Below, one piece after another: positions 38,201 to 47,840 of a DNA stretch of 64,000 bases. The stretch's first letter is position 1. Every line of letters begins with the position of its first letter. The translations under genes were made by a program, and so were the position numbers. The notes under the pieces are model-generated. The model was given only the letters and a program-made list of their open reading frames with translations, was not told the origin of the DNA and did no database searches. Source of the DNA: a bacterium (lineage in GTDB: Bacteria > UBA8248); contig CBDCRP010000002.1 of NCBI GenBank assembly GCA_965221165.1, forward strand, positions 1,024,001 to 1,088,000, read 5' to 3'.

Positions 38201-38549
38201 ATTGCCGCAAGATTCCCAGGGCGAAGCTGTGGATCGTGGAGATGCGCGCGGATTCCAGGTCGCCCAGCGCTTCTTCCAGGCGCGCTTTCGCCCCGGCGTC
38301 TTCTTCTTTCCGGGCAGATTCGACAAGGCGGGTGCGAATCCGCTCCTTGAGCTCCAAGGTCGCCTTTCTCGTGAAGGTGATGGCGGCTATCTCACCCAAG
38401 CGGACGCCTTCGCTCCGAATCAGATGCAGCATTCTCTCCACGAGCAGTGTGGTCTTGCCCGTGCCCGCGCCGGCTTCGACCAGAACGGGGCCTGCAACCC
38501 AGGTCTTCGCCAAATCTCTTTCTTTTTGATCGCGGGGCTGCGCATTCAT
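35223..38549 (-). CDS. addA: AddA-type UvrD helicase-nuclease
   Basis: AGAGTGKT, ITFT, LVDEFQDT, VGDPKQSIYRFR, SIHQAKGLEF, YVGATRA and C-terminal nuclease GFIDLV...VDFKT. Confidence 0.92.
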   Translation of the reverse strand: MNAQPRDQKERDLAKTWVAGPVLVEAGAGTGKTTLLVERMLHLIRSEGVRLGEIAAITFTRKATLELKERIRTRLVESARKEEDAGAKARLEEALGDLESARISTIHSFALGILRQFSFDAGLRPEVGDVDGIEYEARRDAAWRDWLVRELGGDEGGLRDFLELGFSVADLEKIRDALLELPELREHFPRSGGVSADEIRASITEAFHAWAGFAERHCSDDADKAFQELGKAGNWLEGLPWSSQTELLREFWRPSVRLNKQVGSPKKWGDSTNEGRENLKLFRGGYDRFLQASAAIIAHEVLAGLIPVVRGFAESFEAEIREAGILSYQDILFLAAKLVRDNPAARERIRENIRHFLVDEFQDTDPLQVQLIFLLAGEGNAADWREARIENANLFLVGDPKQSIYRFRRADIAIYHEVREKIQALANGRLLHIKENFRSTPGVVDFVNEAFSRVIVPKAGVQPEYVELMAHRESSGAGVFLIEKQKDGDEPQDGVRMNETQRREFEAACLAAAIRELVEERRVEIVEGGERREIRYGDVAVLFSARTGYPQFEDAFRGAGVPFASDGGHRFYDKFEVGAVISVLSAVTRPGDPLALAAALRSPLYGFSDEDITRYFLKTHEPPEELEEAVREMYLLHEGIKDVSARALLEEIYRRTQAFELFLASSDGEQRVANLLKLLDMAHEFTGGDRRGADAFASRMEAEYELGRDAREPEAFLDAHEAGAVRLMSIHQAKGLEFPVVALADLEGRVSQPSETRLAERRKGAVDLHLGSKTRWLNSLGYAGALEREKQFREAEIKRLWYVGATRAKDYLLWPISSFYSFMKGAGLGEGKIDEMIQAASVSLLEVSPEEPKAPESILRLRDDVFRPMNGGSGSLSGRGALDEKLKRLKKPAEVLKPLAPSSLAKGLDREQPEPVASWMLFDEDAPQKPEFHAGGVAFGRLAHSILARLEPPDKARLESLREESIARAHALGLGGEDVERAMKLIRNSMDTGVLARAAAAPRRWRELPFMFELDGRLIRGFIDLVFEEEGKLTLVDFKTDKVAGDEADQRACFYANQGGAYVMGLEAATGLEVHELVFSFLRPGVDVSRPVDDVLRQRVREAVAQAE

Positions 38550-41500
38550 GGGGTTTCATCCCTCAACGCTTGAAGCCGAATCATCCCCGGCGTTTGTGCC
38601 TTTCGCGCCGCGCGCTCGGCTCTGTCGGGCCCGCAAAGGGCCTTGTAATCGCAATACCTGCAACCATCTGAAGGCGTCGGGAAGAAGCTCCCCTCTTTGA
38701 CCGAGGCGAGGAAATGATTCAAAAGCGCATCCACGCCCTCCATGTGCTCCGCCATCACCTCGTGTGAGCGGACGCGCTCCGTGGCGCCTTCTTCTTCGGT
38801 GATGTAGGCGTAGGCGCCGCTCACCCGGGCGTCATCCGGCAAGGCGCCGTCCCCTCGCCCCGCGCGCAGGTGCCGCGCGTACAGATGAAGCTGAAGACTC
38901 GCGCCGCCGCCGAGAACCGTTGTCCGGCTCGGGACCAAATCCATCCTTCCCACGGTCTTGAAATCGACGACCCGGTATTCCCCCTCCCCGTTTCGCTCAA
39001 GCAAATCCATCCGTCCGCTCAGGGAGATATCTCCATTCTCCAGCGATATCCGCAAAGGCTCCGAACCCCTGCCTCCGAATCTCTCCTCAAGCATCACCGG
39101 GAGCCAGCCCGTGTCACCCGCGCGCTTTTGCTCCACATACCCCCACAAACGCCGATAGAGCGCGCCCTCGAGAGTCCCCCAGGGCAGCGCGAGCAGCGGC
39201 GGTGTCTCCATATTCTTTACCTTCTCCGCCTCCTCGCGCATCGCCTCTTGAATCGCAGCGCGGAGCGCATCCCGCGCGATTGACGCATCGAGCGAACGCA
39301 GCGGCTGGTTCATCGCCTGAAGCCGGCGGTGGAATTCCTCGAGAATCCGGTGCGTCAATTCACCCCGGAGCATGCCATCCATGGCGAAGAGAGGCGCAGG
39401 TTCTCTGCGCTTTTCCATGCGAGGATGCAGGCGATCGTTGATGAAGCGATAAGGACACCCGAAGAAGACCTCCACCCTGGTGGTTCCGACAGGACGCGCG
39501 GGCGAATGAATCCTCTCCCGAATCAACTCCCGCAAATCGGGGGCTGTAAACATCCCGTCGTATTCGGTCAGAACCTCCCGCCGCCATCGTTCGCTCAAGG
39601 CGCTGCGTCTGCGGGCGAACCCTGAAAAATCGTCCATATAGGAGAGACTGCCCGGAGCGGGTCGATGAATTTGCTTCAGAATGTTCGCGAGGTCGTATTC
39701 GCGCAGATGAACGCGGGTCTCCGAAATGGCCCCGGCGTCCAACGCCGCGGCGGCGGTGCGGCTGCGCGAGCGCGCGAAAAGACCCCATGCGCCGTCTTTC
39801 GCCTCCCCCAGCGCGTCCGACAGATAGTGGAGAAACATGCTGGGGAAAGACGCCGCTTCATCCCCCCGGCCATCTTCCGCGCTCGTCGCCGAGAGGATGA
39901 GACGATTGCGCACGGACTGGAGAATCGTCCAGAACTGAAACCGCGCTTCGCCCTCCCGGGATTTTTTGAGCGGAATATCCACCCCCTCATCGGGTAAGTT
40001 CGCCTCGGCGGCGCGATTCAACTCCTCGCGCACCGAATCGGGCAGAAGCGGGTCCTCCGCTCCCGTGGGCGGAAACAGGCCCTCGCCCAGGCCCGAGAGC
40101 ACGACGGCATCGAAGGAAAGTCCGCGCGCGCTCTGGATGGAAGAGAGGCTCGCCAGATGCCCTCCGCCGCTCTCTCCCGGCTCGCTCTTCGCCCTTGCTG
40201 TTTTATCCAGAAAACGCTCGCAAAGCCCATGGAACGCATCGCGCGTCAACTCTCCGGCAACCGCGTCCATACCCGCCAGGGTCGAGACGATATTCTCCAC
40301 CTCGTCTTGATGGGCCAAACCACTCGTCGTCTCCGAGAAAACCTCCAGAGCCGATTTCACAAAAGATGAAGGCAACCCCTGCTCGGGAATTTTCTCCAGA
40401 TGTTCAAAAAAATCAGACATCGCCATCGCGAGGGAATACGCGGCGGGATATTCCTCATCCTCTTCGCCCATTTCCTCCAGAGCGGAATCGAGAGCCGCGA
40501 GCCATGGGTCGACACCTCTCAGGTAGGGCAGACTTCTCGAGAAAAACTCCCACTCGGATGCAAGAGGGAGGCCGTCGATTCTCTCTTCTATTTCATATTT
40601 GCGGGTCAGCTCCAGAAACGCCCCCGAGCCGGTGAAGCCGCCCTCATCCAGAAAGCGAATCACCTCGGCGCGCGGGTAATCGCGCATGGGCAACCCGAGC
40701 ATCAAGAGAAACAAGCGGGCGGCAGGCGCTGTGGATAAAGGGGTCTTTTCTTCCGTGCGGCAGGGAATCTCGAGGGCACGGAAAGTTTCTTCGAACAAAT
40801 CCTGATAGCCGCTTCGCTCGCTCATCAAGACGCATATTTCATCATCGCCCTCAAAATCCTCCCTGGCCCGCAGCATTTCCCTGCATCCTTCCCACGCTTC
40901 CCGGCCTCTCGAGGACGCCGCCACGATTCGCAAGGCGTCTTTTGCCAAAGACCCCGCCGCATCACCCGAGAAGAGCGCCCCCGCCAAGCGCGAGAGCGGC
41001 CTCGGCGCAGGCGGCCCGGCATCTTCTCTGCGAAAACCCGCCTCCTCGAACCAGCGGACCAGGGGTTCCGCATGCCTACACGCGGGCGCGCCGATTTGCG
41101 CAGGCACCAGGGCCTGGGACTGCGCCTCGCGGCAGGCGGCCGCCGCCAGCCTGCGCTGAAGCGCGTTCATCTCGGCGAAGCCATAGAAGACAGTAGGGAC
41201 CCGCGGAGACTCCGCTTCCATTTTTTCGCACGCCATCTGCAGAAGAGAGGAGCCGTCGTAGAATCCGAGGCTTTGCATCTCACGCCGGAAACCCTCGGCC
41301 AAAACCCCCAAGTCCCGGCATCGCGCCGCATCCGGGCCCGAGATTTTCCGGATCAATTTCCTTAAAATCCCGGGCGAGAGATTCGCCTCGGCGAGGTCGG
41401 TCAGCGTGGCGTAGAGGCTCTCTCCGTATCCCTTTGAAGAAGAGCGAAAAAAGGCGAGTTCTCTCTGCGCGCCCTCGAATACCTTCTCCACCAACACCTC

Positions 41501-41775
41501 GGCGAGGGCCGGATGAATCCGCCGGAGCCCCCCCGAAACGCCCTCGGGCCCGGTGACTTCGCGCGCCAGATCGATCATGCTCAGAACCGACACCCCGGCG
41601 AAGCCACCCGCGCGCGCAAGCACCTGCTCGACGTGATCGCGCAGCCGGTTCGAGATGACGACGACCCGCCGATGCGCAAGGGGTCTCCCCCGCCAAGGCG
41701 GCGCACGCGTGAGGCGAGGGATGATTCCAGGTGATGAAAGGGAGCGGCGATCAGAATTTTAGAAACCGGCGCCAT
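38546..41775 (-). CDS. addB: AddB-type PD-(D/E)XK nuclease subunit with an apparent 1-nt frameshift near 41680
   Basis: Fe-S staple CPYRF...CRYCDYKALC and GRMDLL...VVDFK; 4-nt overlap with addA. The N-terminus MAPVSKILIAAPFHHLE...GGGDPL is in one frame and continues as AHRRVVVISNRLRDHVEQVLAR in another. Confidence 0.85.
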
Positions 41776-41904
41776 GGGGATTTCCATATCAGCGATGACA
41801 GGGCGATTCCGATGTGTGAAACGAAACCCGGGAGAATTATATGCCCGGACACACGCGCGGGACGACGCTCATCAAGCGCGCCCTCGCCGAACCCGAACCG
41901 GCGA

Positions 41905-42870
41905 TTATGTGTCCAGCACGCTCTCGCCGAATAAATCCTCCAAGCCGAGCAGCATCGGCGTAAGGCCCTGGCCGTGGGCGTAGGAGAGGAGTTTTTCGAG
42001 CGACGTACGGTTCGCCTCCACGCCGTAGGGCCAGAAATCATCCCCGAAAATCTCCCGCGTCTCATCCATGACCGCCGGCAGAAACGGAATCATGGCGGAG
42101 AGCGCGCCGTTGTCGTTCAGCGATTCGAGCGTATTCTCCCGCGCCTCGCACATGGCCTGGTAAATGGACCCGAGCGCCCAGGGGGTTCGATCGTGAACGT
42201 CCTTTCGCAGCACGACGCAGTGCATCATGGGGTGAACCCCCGTTCTTTGGTAATACTCCGTCTCGGCGGCCTTGTAGTCCGGGAACAGGCGCTTGACGCG
42301 CGGCGAGCCGTTTGCGAAACACGCGGGAACCTGATGGATAAGCGCGCCGTCCACCTCACCGGATTCGAGCATGTTCGATATCGTCTGGCCGGGCTTCATG
42401 TAGCGGATGCGCGCGCCGGGGGGCATGGGTATCGGCACGCGCGGCTCGAGCGCGGCGACCCAATCCACCGAACCCACGTCGAGACCGTATTCTTCGGCGA
42501 GAATGCCCACGATCCATATGACCGCCGTCATCCCCCATTCGCGAATCGCGATCCGCTTGCCGTTCAGATCCGCCACCTTATCGACGCCCGAATCCACGTT
42601 GGCGTAGACCATCGAATGCCGGAAAACCCGACTCGGAAAGGCGGGCATCCCCACGAAGGGGCTCTCTCCTCCCCCGAGCAGGAACATGTGCGCGCCCATC
42701 GACATTTCGGACAGGTCGAACTCCTGGTATCTGCACATGCGTAAAAATATCTCGGTGGGCGGCAGGGAGAGCACACGCAGATTCACCCCCTGCGGGCGAA
42801 CGGAGCCCATTTTGAGAATGTTGGTCCTGTCATAATCGCCAAACGCCGCCGTAAGCTCCAAATCCGGCAT
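41905..42870 (-). CDS. 4,5-dihydroxyphthalate decarboxylase-like protein (PBP fold)
   Basis: GDYDRT, FDLSEMS, PAFPSRVFRHS, HPMMHCVV and DFWPYGVEANR motifs. Confidence 0.85.
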   Translation of the reverse strand: MPDLELTAAFGDYDRTNILKMGSVRPQGVNLRVLSLPPTEIFLRMCRYQEFDLSEMSMGAHMFLLGGGESPFVGMPAFPSRVFRHSMVYANVDSGVDKVADLNGKRIAIREWGMTAVIWIVGILAEEYGLDVGSVDWVAALEPRVPIPMPPGARIRYMKPGQTISNMLESGEVDGALIHQVPACFANGSPRVKRLFPDYKAAETEYYQRTGVHPMMHCVVLRKDVHDRTPWALGSIYQAMCEARENTLESLNDNGALSAMIPFLPAVMDETREIFGDDFWPYGVEANRTSLEKLLSYAHGQGLTPMLLGLEDLFGESVLDT

Positions 42871-43068
42871 ACTCCCTCCCCCTGCGCATCATCCTGAAAG
42901 CGCCTATGATAGTTGAAAGGCCAACAGATTTCTCATAGTTTTCTCCGTGAGGCAACGAGACGAGCCCTCAGGCGCGTAAAAGCCCCGAGTTGACCACCCG
43001 CCGTTCGCCGTGGCATGAAGAGGCGTCGGATTCTCAAGGTCCCTGATTATAACCAAAAAGGATGACGC

Positions 43069-44112
43069 TTGCCTGAGAAAATTAGAGTGATCGTATGCGG
43101 ATTCGGCCGCGTAGGACGCGAATTCGCGAGACTCATCACGGAGAAAACAGATTTCATGCGCACGGCCTACGGCTTGGAGCCGGCCATCGTCGGCGTGGGC
43201 GAGTTGGCAGGCAGCCTGCACCACCCCGGCGGACTCGACGCCATTGAGGCGGCGGATGCCTTCGAGCGCGAGGGAGGTTTTACAAGCCATCCGCATCTGA
43301 AAGCCGCCTGGCAGGGTCTGGACCTGATTCGCGCAGCACGCGCCGACGCCCTCATCGAGACGACGCCCACGGACATCCAGACCGGCGAGCCCGCCATGAG
43401 CCACATCCGCGAGGCGCTTTCCAGGGGAATCCACGTCGTGAGCGCCAACAAGGGCCCCTTTATCCGCGCTTATCGCGAACTGACCCGGCTCGCCCGGGAA
43501 AAAAACGTGGAGCTCAAAATTTCCGCCGCTGCGGCGGCAGCCCTCCCTACCATCGACGTCGCCGAGACGTGCCTCGCGGGTGCCGAGATTCTCGCGATCG
43601 AGGGCGTGTTGAACGGGACGACGAATTTCATACTCTCGCGCATGAGAACAAATGGGCAAAGTTACGAGGAAGCACTCGCAGAAGCGCAGACCCTCGGAAT
43701 CGCCGAGACGGACCCCACGCTGGACGTGGAGGGCTTCGACACGACGAACAAGCTCGCGCTCATCACCAACGTCTGCATGGACACGGATCTGAGGCCCGAG
43801 GATATACCGCGCGCGGGCATCGCCGGGGTATCCCTGGCCGAGGTGCGAAGCGCGGGTGCTGCGGGAAAAATCATGCGCCTGGTGGGCGTCTCGAAACGAG
43901 ACGAAAGCGGGCGCGTCTCGGCCCGCGTCGCGCCCGTGCTGCTCTCTCCCGATCATCCCCTCGCGGGCGTGGGGGGTGCGGAGAAGGGAATCACCTACAC
44001 GAGCGATACGATGGATCGCGTCACCGTGGTGGGCGGCAAGAGCGACCCTCGGGGCGCGGCGGCCGCGCTCCTTAAAGACCTTATCAACATTTATCGTCAT
44101 TCATCATCCTGA
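43069..44112 (+). CDS. hom: Homoserine dehydrogenase (no ACT domain)
   Basis: GFGRVG, VVSANKGP, GVLNGTTNFIL and GIAETDPTLDVEGFD motifs. Confidence 0.9.
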   Translation: MPEKIRVIVCGFGRVGREFARLITEKTDFMRTAYGLEPAIVGVGELAGSLHHPGGLDAIEAADAFEREGGFTSHPHLKAAWQGLDLIRAARADALIETTPTDIQTGEPAMSHIREALSRGIHVVSANKGPFIRAYRELTRLAREKNVELKISAAAAAALPTIDVAETCLAGAEILAIEGVLNGTTNFILSRMRTNGQSYEEALAEAQTLGIAETDPTLDVEGFDTTNKLALITNVCMDTDLRPEDIPRAGIAGVSLAEVRSAGAAGKIMRLVGVSKRDESGRVSARVAPVLLSPDHPLAGVGGAEKGITYTSDTMDRVTVVGGKSDPRGAAAALLKDLINIYRHSSS

Positions 44113-44127
44113 ACCCGGAGATTTTCC

Positions 44128-45729
44128 ATGAACAACGCGGACCTGATCGTCAAAACCATGAAGGAAGCGGGCGTCACGCACTGCTTCGGCATCCCGAGCG
44201 GAAACGTCCTGCCCATGCTCGAGGCCATGCGCAAGGGGGGGCTGGAATTCGTCCTCACCGCGCATGAAGGCTCCGCGAGCTTCGCCGCCGACGTGATGGG
44301 CCGCCTGACGGGCGCGCCGGGCTTTTGCATCGCCACCCTGGGACCGGGAGCCACGAACCTCTCGACCGGCGTGGGCAACGCCTATCTGGACCGCTCCCCG
44401 CTCATCGCCCTCACCTGCAACCTGCATACGCACCAGCTCGGACGCCGCATCCAGATGTATATCGACCACCACACCCTCTACCGGCCCATAGCCAAGGCGA
44501 GCCTTCCGCTCAGGAAAGGCCGCGTCGCCTCCGTGCTGGAAGAAGCAATGGGCCTGGCGATGAGCGAGCCGCACGGCCCCGTTCATCTGGATCTCCCCGA
44601 GGACGTATCGCTCGCGCCCGCCACCGAGGAACTGCCTCCGCTTCCTCAGGGAAAGCGCTACCGGGCGGCGCCTGAGAGCGCATTCAAAAAACTCGAATCC
44701 CTTCTGCAAAACGCCAGACGGCCCGTCGCCGTCCTGGGTTCGACGAGCATGCGGATGGAAAATCCGGCGCTTCTGCGCGCCTTCATCGACAGGCACCAAC
44801 TCCCCTTCGCCACGACCACCATGGCGAAAGGGATGATAGATGAGGATCATCCGCTATCCATAGGCTGCATCGAACGCGGAAAGCGCCAGGTGCAGCGCGA
44901 GTTCCTGAGAAGCGCCGACCTGATCCTCGGCATCGGCTACGACGTGATCGAGGTGGAATACGAACAATGGATAAAGGACGCGCCCCTCGCAAGCGTGGAC
45001 ATCGACCCGGTGGACGCGGATTCTTCGGTCGACATCGCGCACGAGGTGGTCGGCGACCTGGATGCGTCTTTAAGACGCATGAACGATTTCACGCCCGGCG
45101 CCTACGAGTGGCCTTCTGACGCCGCCTTGCGGCACAAGGAGAAATTCCAGAAGGCCCTGCGCCCCGAGGTCCCGCATTTCGCGGCCCATGAGGCCATCGA
45201 CGTGGTGCGCGAGGTGACGCCCAAAGAGGGGATACTCTCCTTCGACGTGGGCGCGCACACGCACCAGATAGCCAGCCAGTGGAGCGTGCACGAGCCGCGC
45301 ACCTTCCTGATCACGAACGGGTGGTCCTCGATGGGCTTCGGCCTGCCGGGGGCCATCGCCGCGAAACTCGCGCATCCCGAAAAACCCGTCGTCGCTCTCA
45401 TAGGGGACGGTTGTTTCCAGATGACGTGCGGCGAGGTGGCCGTCGCCAAGAGAATGGGGCTCGCCATCCCCATCGTCGTCCTGGACGACCGCTGGCTCTC
45501 GCTCATCCAGGTCAAACAGGACAGGCGGGAGTATGGCCGCTACGGCACCGAACTCCAGGCCGAGGAATACCAGGCGCCGCCCGCTCATTATTTCGGCGTC
45601 CCGGCCGTGGGCGCGCGAACGCCCGAGGAGCTCAGGCGCGCGCTCACGGAGGCCTTCAACGCCGACGGGCCCACGATCATCGAGGCGGTGGTGGATTCCG
45701 CGCACTACGACGATACGGTGTTCGACTAG
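44128..45729 (+). CDS. Thiamine diphosphate-dependent enzyme (acetolactate synthase large subunit-like)
   Basis: FGIPSG, HEGSASF, TLGPGATN, SMGFGLP and GDGCF motifs. Confidence 0.92.
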   Translation: MNNADLIVKTMKEAGVTHCFGIPSGNVLPMLEAMRKGGLEFVLTAHEGSASFAADVMGRLTGAPGFCIATLGPGATNLSTGVGNAYLDRSPLIALTCNLHTHQLGRRIQMYIDHHTLYRPIAKASLPLRKGRVASVLEEAMGLAMSEPHGPVHLDLPEDVSLAPATEELPPLPQGKRYRAAPESAFKKLESLLQNARRPVAVLGSTSMRMENPALLRAFIDRHQLPFATTTMAKGMIDEDHPLSIGCIERGKRQVQREFLRSADLILGIGYDVIEVEYEQWIKDAPLASVDIDPVDADSSVDIAHEVVGDLDASLRRMNDFTPGAYEWPSDAALRHKEKFQKALRPEVPHFAAHEAIDVVREVTPKEGILSFDVGAHTHQIASQWSVHEPRTFLITNGWSSMGFGLPGAIAAKLAHPEKPVVALIGDGCFQMTCGEVAVAKRMGLAIPIVVLDDRWLSLIQVKQDRREYGRYGTELQAEEYQAPPAHYFGVPAVGARTPEELRRALTEAFNADGPTIIEAVVDSAHYDDTVFD

Positions 45730-45834
45730 AAAACCGGAAACTCCAGCTTCACAGGAATCACATTCGCGTAATAAGGATTTGCGATGACGCCGGAGGATTC
45801 TCCCCCGGCGAATCGCCCCACCGGCGAATCCAAC

Positions 45835-46065
45835 TATTATCCTTGTATATTTAAAGTTAGACTTTTAATTTACTAGGATAATACGTCCATTTCCCGCCAG
45901 ACAGCACCGGACGCGCTCGACTGCGAACAGAGTCGGAGCCTTGCTTTCACAGTGCCTCATTGGCAAATTTCCTTGTATATTTAAACTTAAACTTTCAATC
46001 TAAAAGGAATAAATATAATTATCCTTGCAAATTTAAAGTTTATATTTTAATTTACAAGGATGATA
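45835..46065. promoter_or_regulatory. Three 42-49 bp AT-rich imperfect palindromes (45835-45883, ~45968-46010, 46017-46065), candidate operators
   Basis: Pattern TCCTTG(T/C)A(T/A)ATTTAAA...TT(T/C)AAT(T/C)TA..AGGA. The third copy overlaps the ATG at 46060. Confidence 0.65.
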
Positions 46066-47238
46066 CACCGACGCTCATATCAAAACGTACTGAACGCGCT
46101 GGACCGCCAGGCCGCCGTCGCCCTCCTCGGTGCGCGCCAGGTCGGCAAGACGACTCTGGCGCTCGACATCGCCGAAAGCGCGGGCGCGATCTATCTCGAC
46201 CTCGAAGCCCGCGCGGACCGGGGCAAGCTCGCCGAGCCTGCGCTTTATCTCGGCGAATATGAGGATCGCCTCGTCGTCCTCGATGAGATTCACCGCGTCC
46301 CGGAGTTGTTTCAGGAGTTGCGCGGCCTGATCGATCAGGGCAGGCAGCGGGGAAAGCGAACGGGCCGCTATCTGGTGCTGGGCTCGGCGTCGCTGGACCT
46401 GCTCCGGCAATCGGGAGAAAGCCTCGCCGGGCGAATCGAATATATTGAACTGAACCCGCTCGACGTGGGAGAAGTCGCGCCCGACGCTCGGACCATGACG
46501 GCGCTATGGGTGCGCGGCGGTTTTCCGGACAGCTTTCTGGCCCCAAACGACCCCGACAGCATGACCTTCCGGCAAAATTTCATCCGCTCCTATCTGGAGC
46601 GCGACGTGGCGCAATTCGGCCGACGAATCCCGGCGGAAACGCTGGAGCGGTTCTGGACCATGCTGGCGCATGGACAGAGCGGGCCGCTCAACGCATCGAA
46701 ACTGGCCGGGGGCCTTTCGGTAAGCGTCCCCACGGTGAGCAGCTATATCGACCTGCTGGTCGGCCTGCTTCTCGTGCGTCGCCTGCGCCCGTTCCACGCG
46801 AACGTCAAAAAACGCCTTGTGAAATCTCCCAAAATCTACGTGCGCGACAGCGGCATCGTCCACGCCCTGCTCGGAATCGAGAATCACGACGCGCTCGCCG
46901 GCCACCCGGTCGTCGGCGCAAGCTGGGAGGGTTTCGTCATCGAGAACCTCCTCGCCGTCGCCCCGCCCCGGACCATGGCGAGCTTCTATCGCACCCTGGC
47001 GGGCGCGGAAATTGACCTCGTACTCGAACTTCCCGGGAAGCGGGGTCCGTGGGCGGTCGAGATCAAACGCGGACTCTCCACCAAGCCCGGCAAGGGCTTC
47101 CACCACGCATGTCAGGACGTAAGGCCCGAGCGCGCCTTCGTCGTCCATTCCGGCGAGGAGCGCTACCCCGTCACGAAGGACGTCGAGGCCATCGGCCTGC
47201 GGGAGATGGCGTCTCTTTTGGAGCGTGGGGGGGAATAA
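46060..47238 (+). CDS. AAA_14-type ATPase with wHTH and DUF4143 PD-(D/E)XK-like domain
   Basis: GARQVGKT, VLDEIH, GESLAGR, RGGFP, KRLVKSPKIYVRDSG and EIDLV...AVEIK motifs. Confidence 0.92.
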   Translation: MIHRRSYQNVLNALDRQAAVALLGARQVGKTTLALDIAESAGAIYLDLEARADRGKLAEPALYLGEYEDRLVVLDEIHRVPELFQELRGLIDQGRQRGKRTGRYLVLGSASLDLLRQSGESLAGRIEYIELNPLDVGEVAPDARTMTALWVRGGFPDSFLAPNDPDSMTFRQNFIRSYLERDVAQFGRRIPAETLERFWTMLAHGQSGPLNASKLAGGLSVSVPTVSSYIDLLVGLLLVRRLRPFHANVKKRLVKSPKIYVRDSGIVHALLGIENHDALAGHPVVGASWEGFVIENLLAVAPPRTMASFYRTLAGAEIDLVLELPGKRGPWAVEIKRGLSTKPGKGFHHACQDVRPERAFVVHSGEERYPVTKDVEAIGLREMASLLERGGE

Positions 47239-47263
47239 TCAGGCTTGGGCGCGGCGAGCGTCC

Positions 47264-47629
47264 TCAAAGAAACTGCGCGCCCTCGATTATCGCCTCATCG
47301 AAGTTCACGCCCTCGATGTCGGCGCCGATCAATTCCGCGTCCCGGAAGTTGGCCCCTGCGACGTCGGCGTCAGAAAGATTCGCGTCCCGGAGTATGGCGC
47401 CGTCCAGATCCGCGTTTCGCAAATCCGCCTCGCGCATGTCCGCGCCCGACAAATCAGCGCCTGCGAGGTTCGCGCGCACCAGACTCGCCCCTCGCAGATT
47501 GGCGTCCGCGAGATCACGTCCGCTCAGGTTCGCCCAGGAGAGGTCTTCTCCTTCCATCGAGAGGGCCTCGCCGGTCCGGGCGGCTTGCTCGATGATCTTC
47601 TCCAGTTCCTCGCGCCGCATGTTCACCAT
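47264..47629 (-). CDS. Pentapeptide repeat protein
   Basis: About 18 A(D/N)LxX pentapeptides (ANLSG, ANLRG, ADLSG, ADLRN). Start codon uncertain. Confidence 0.92.
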   Translation of the reverse strand: MVNMRREELEKIIEQAARTGEALSMEGEDLSWANLSGRDLADANLRGASLVRANLAGADLSGADMREADLRNADLDGAILRDANLSDADVAGANFRDAELIGADIEGVNFDEAIIEGAQFL

Positions 47630-47840
47630 GTAGAAAATCATAAATCAGATCGGCAAACTTGCAAGGCCGGATTGACAAGAATCCGGCGCGAAGCCTACAA
47701 ATAGACCCGCATACGGAAACTTTGGAGATGAGCGAGCGCCCCTCTTCGAAGAATTTTCATACTGAAAATGCGTGCTGCAAGCAGCCAGAATCCGGGCGGG
47801 GAGAATGCGCTTCGCTCATGAAACTCGACAGGAGAATTCC

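Noticed and set aside
45835-46065. Mini-CRISPR reading of the three AT-rich repeats
   Set aside because: The copies are degenerate, the gaps are very unequal (about 85 and 6 bp), and one copy overlaps a start codon.
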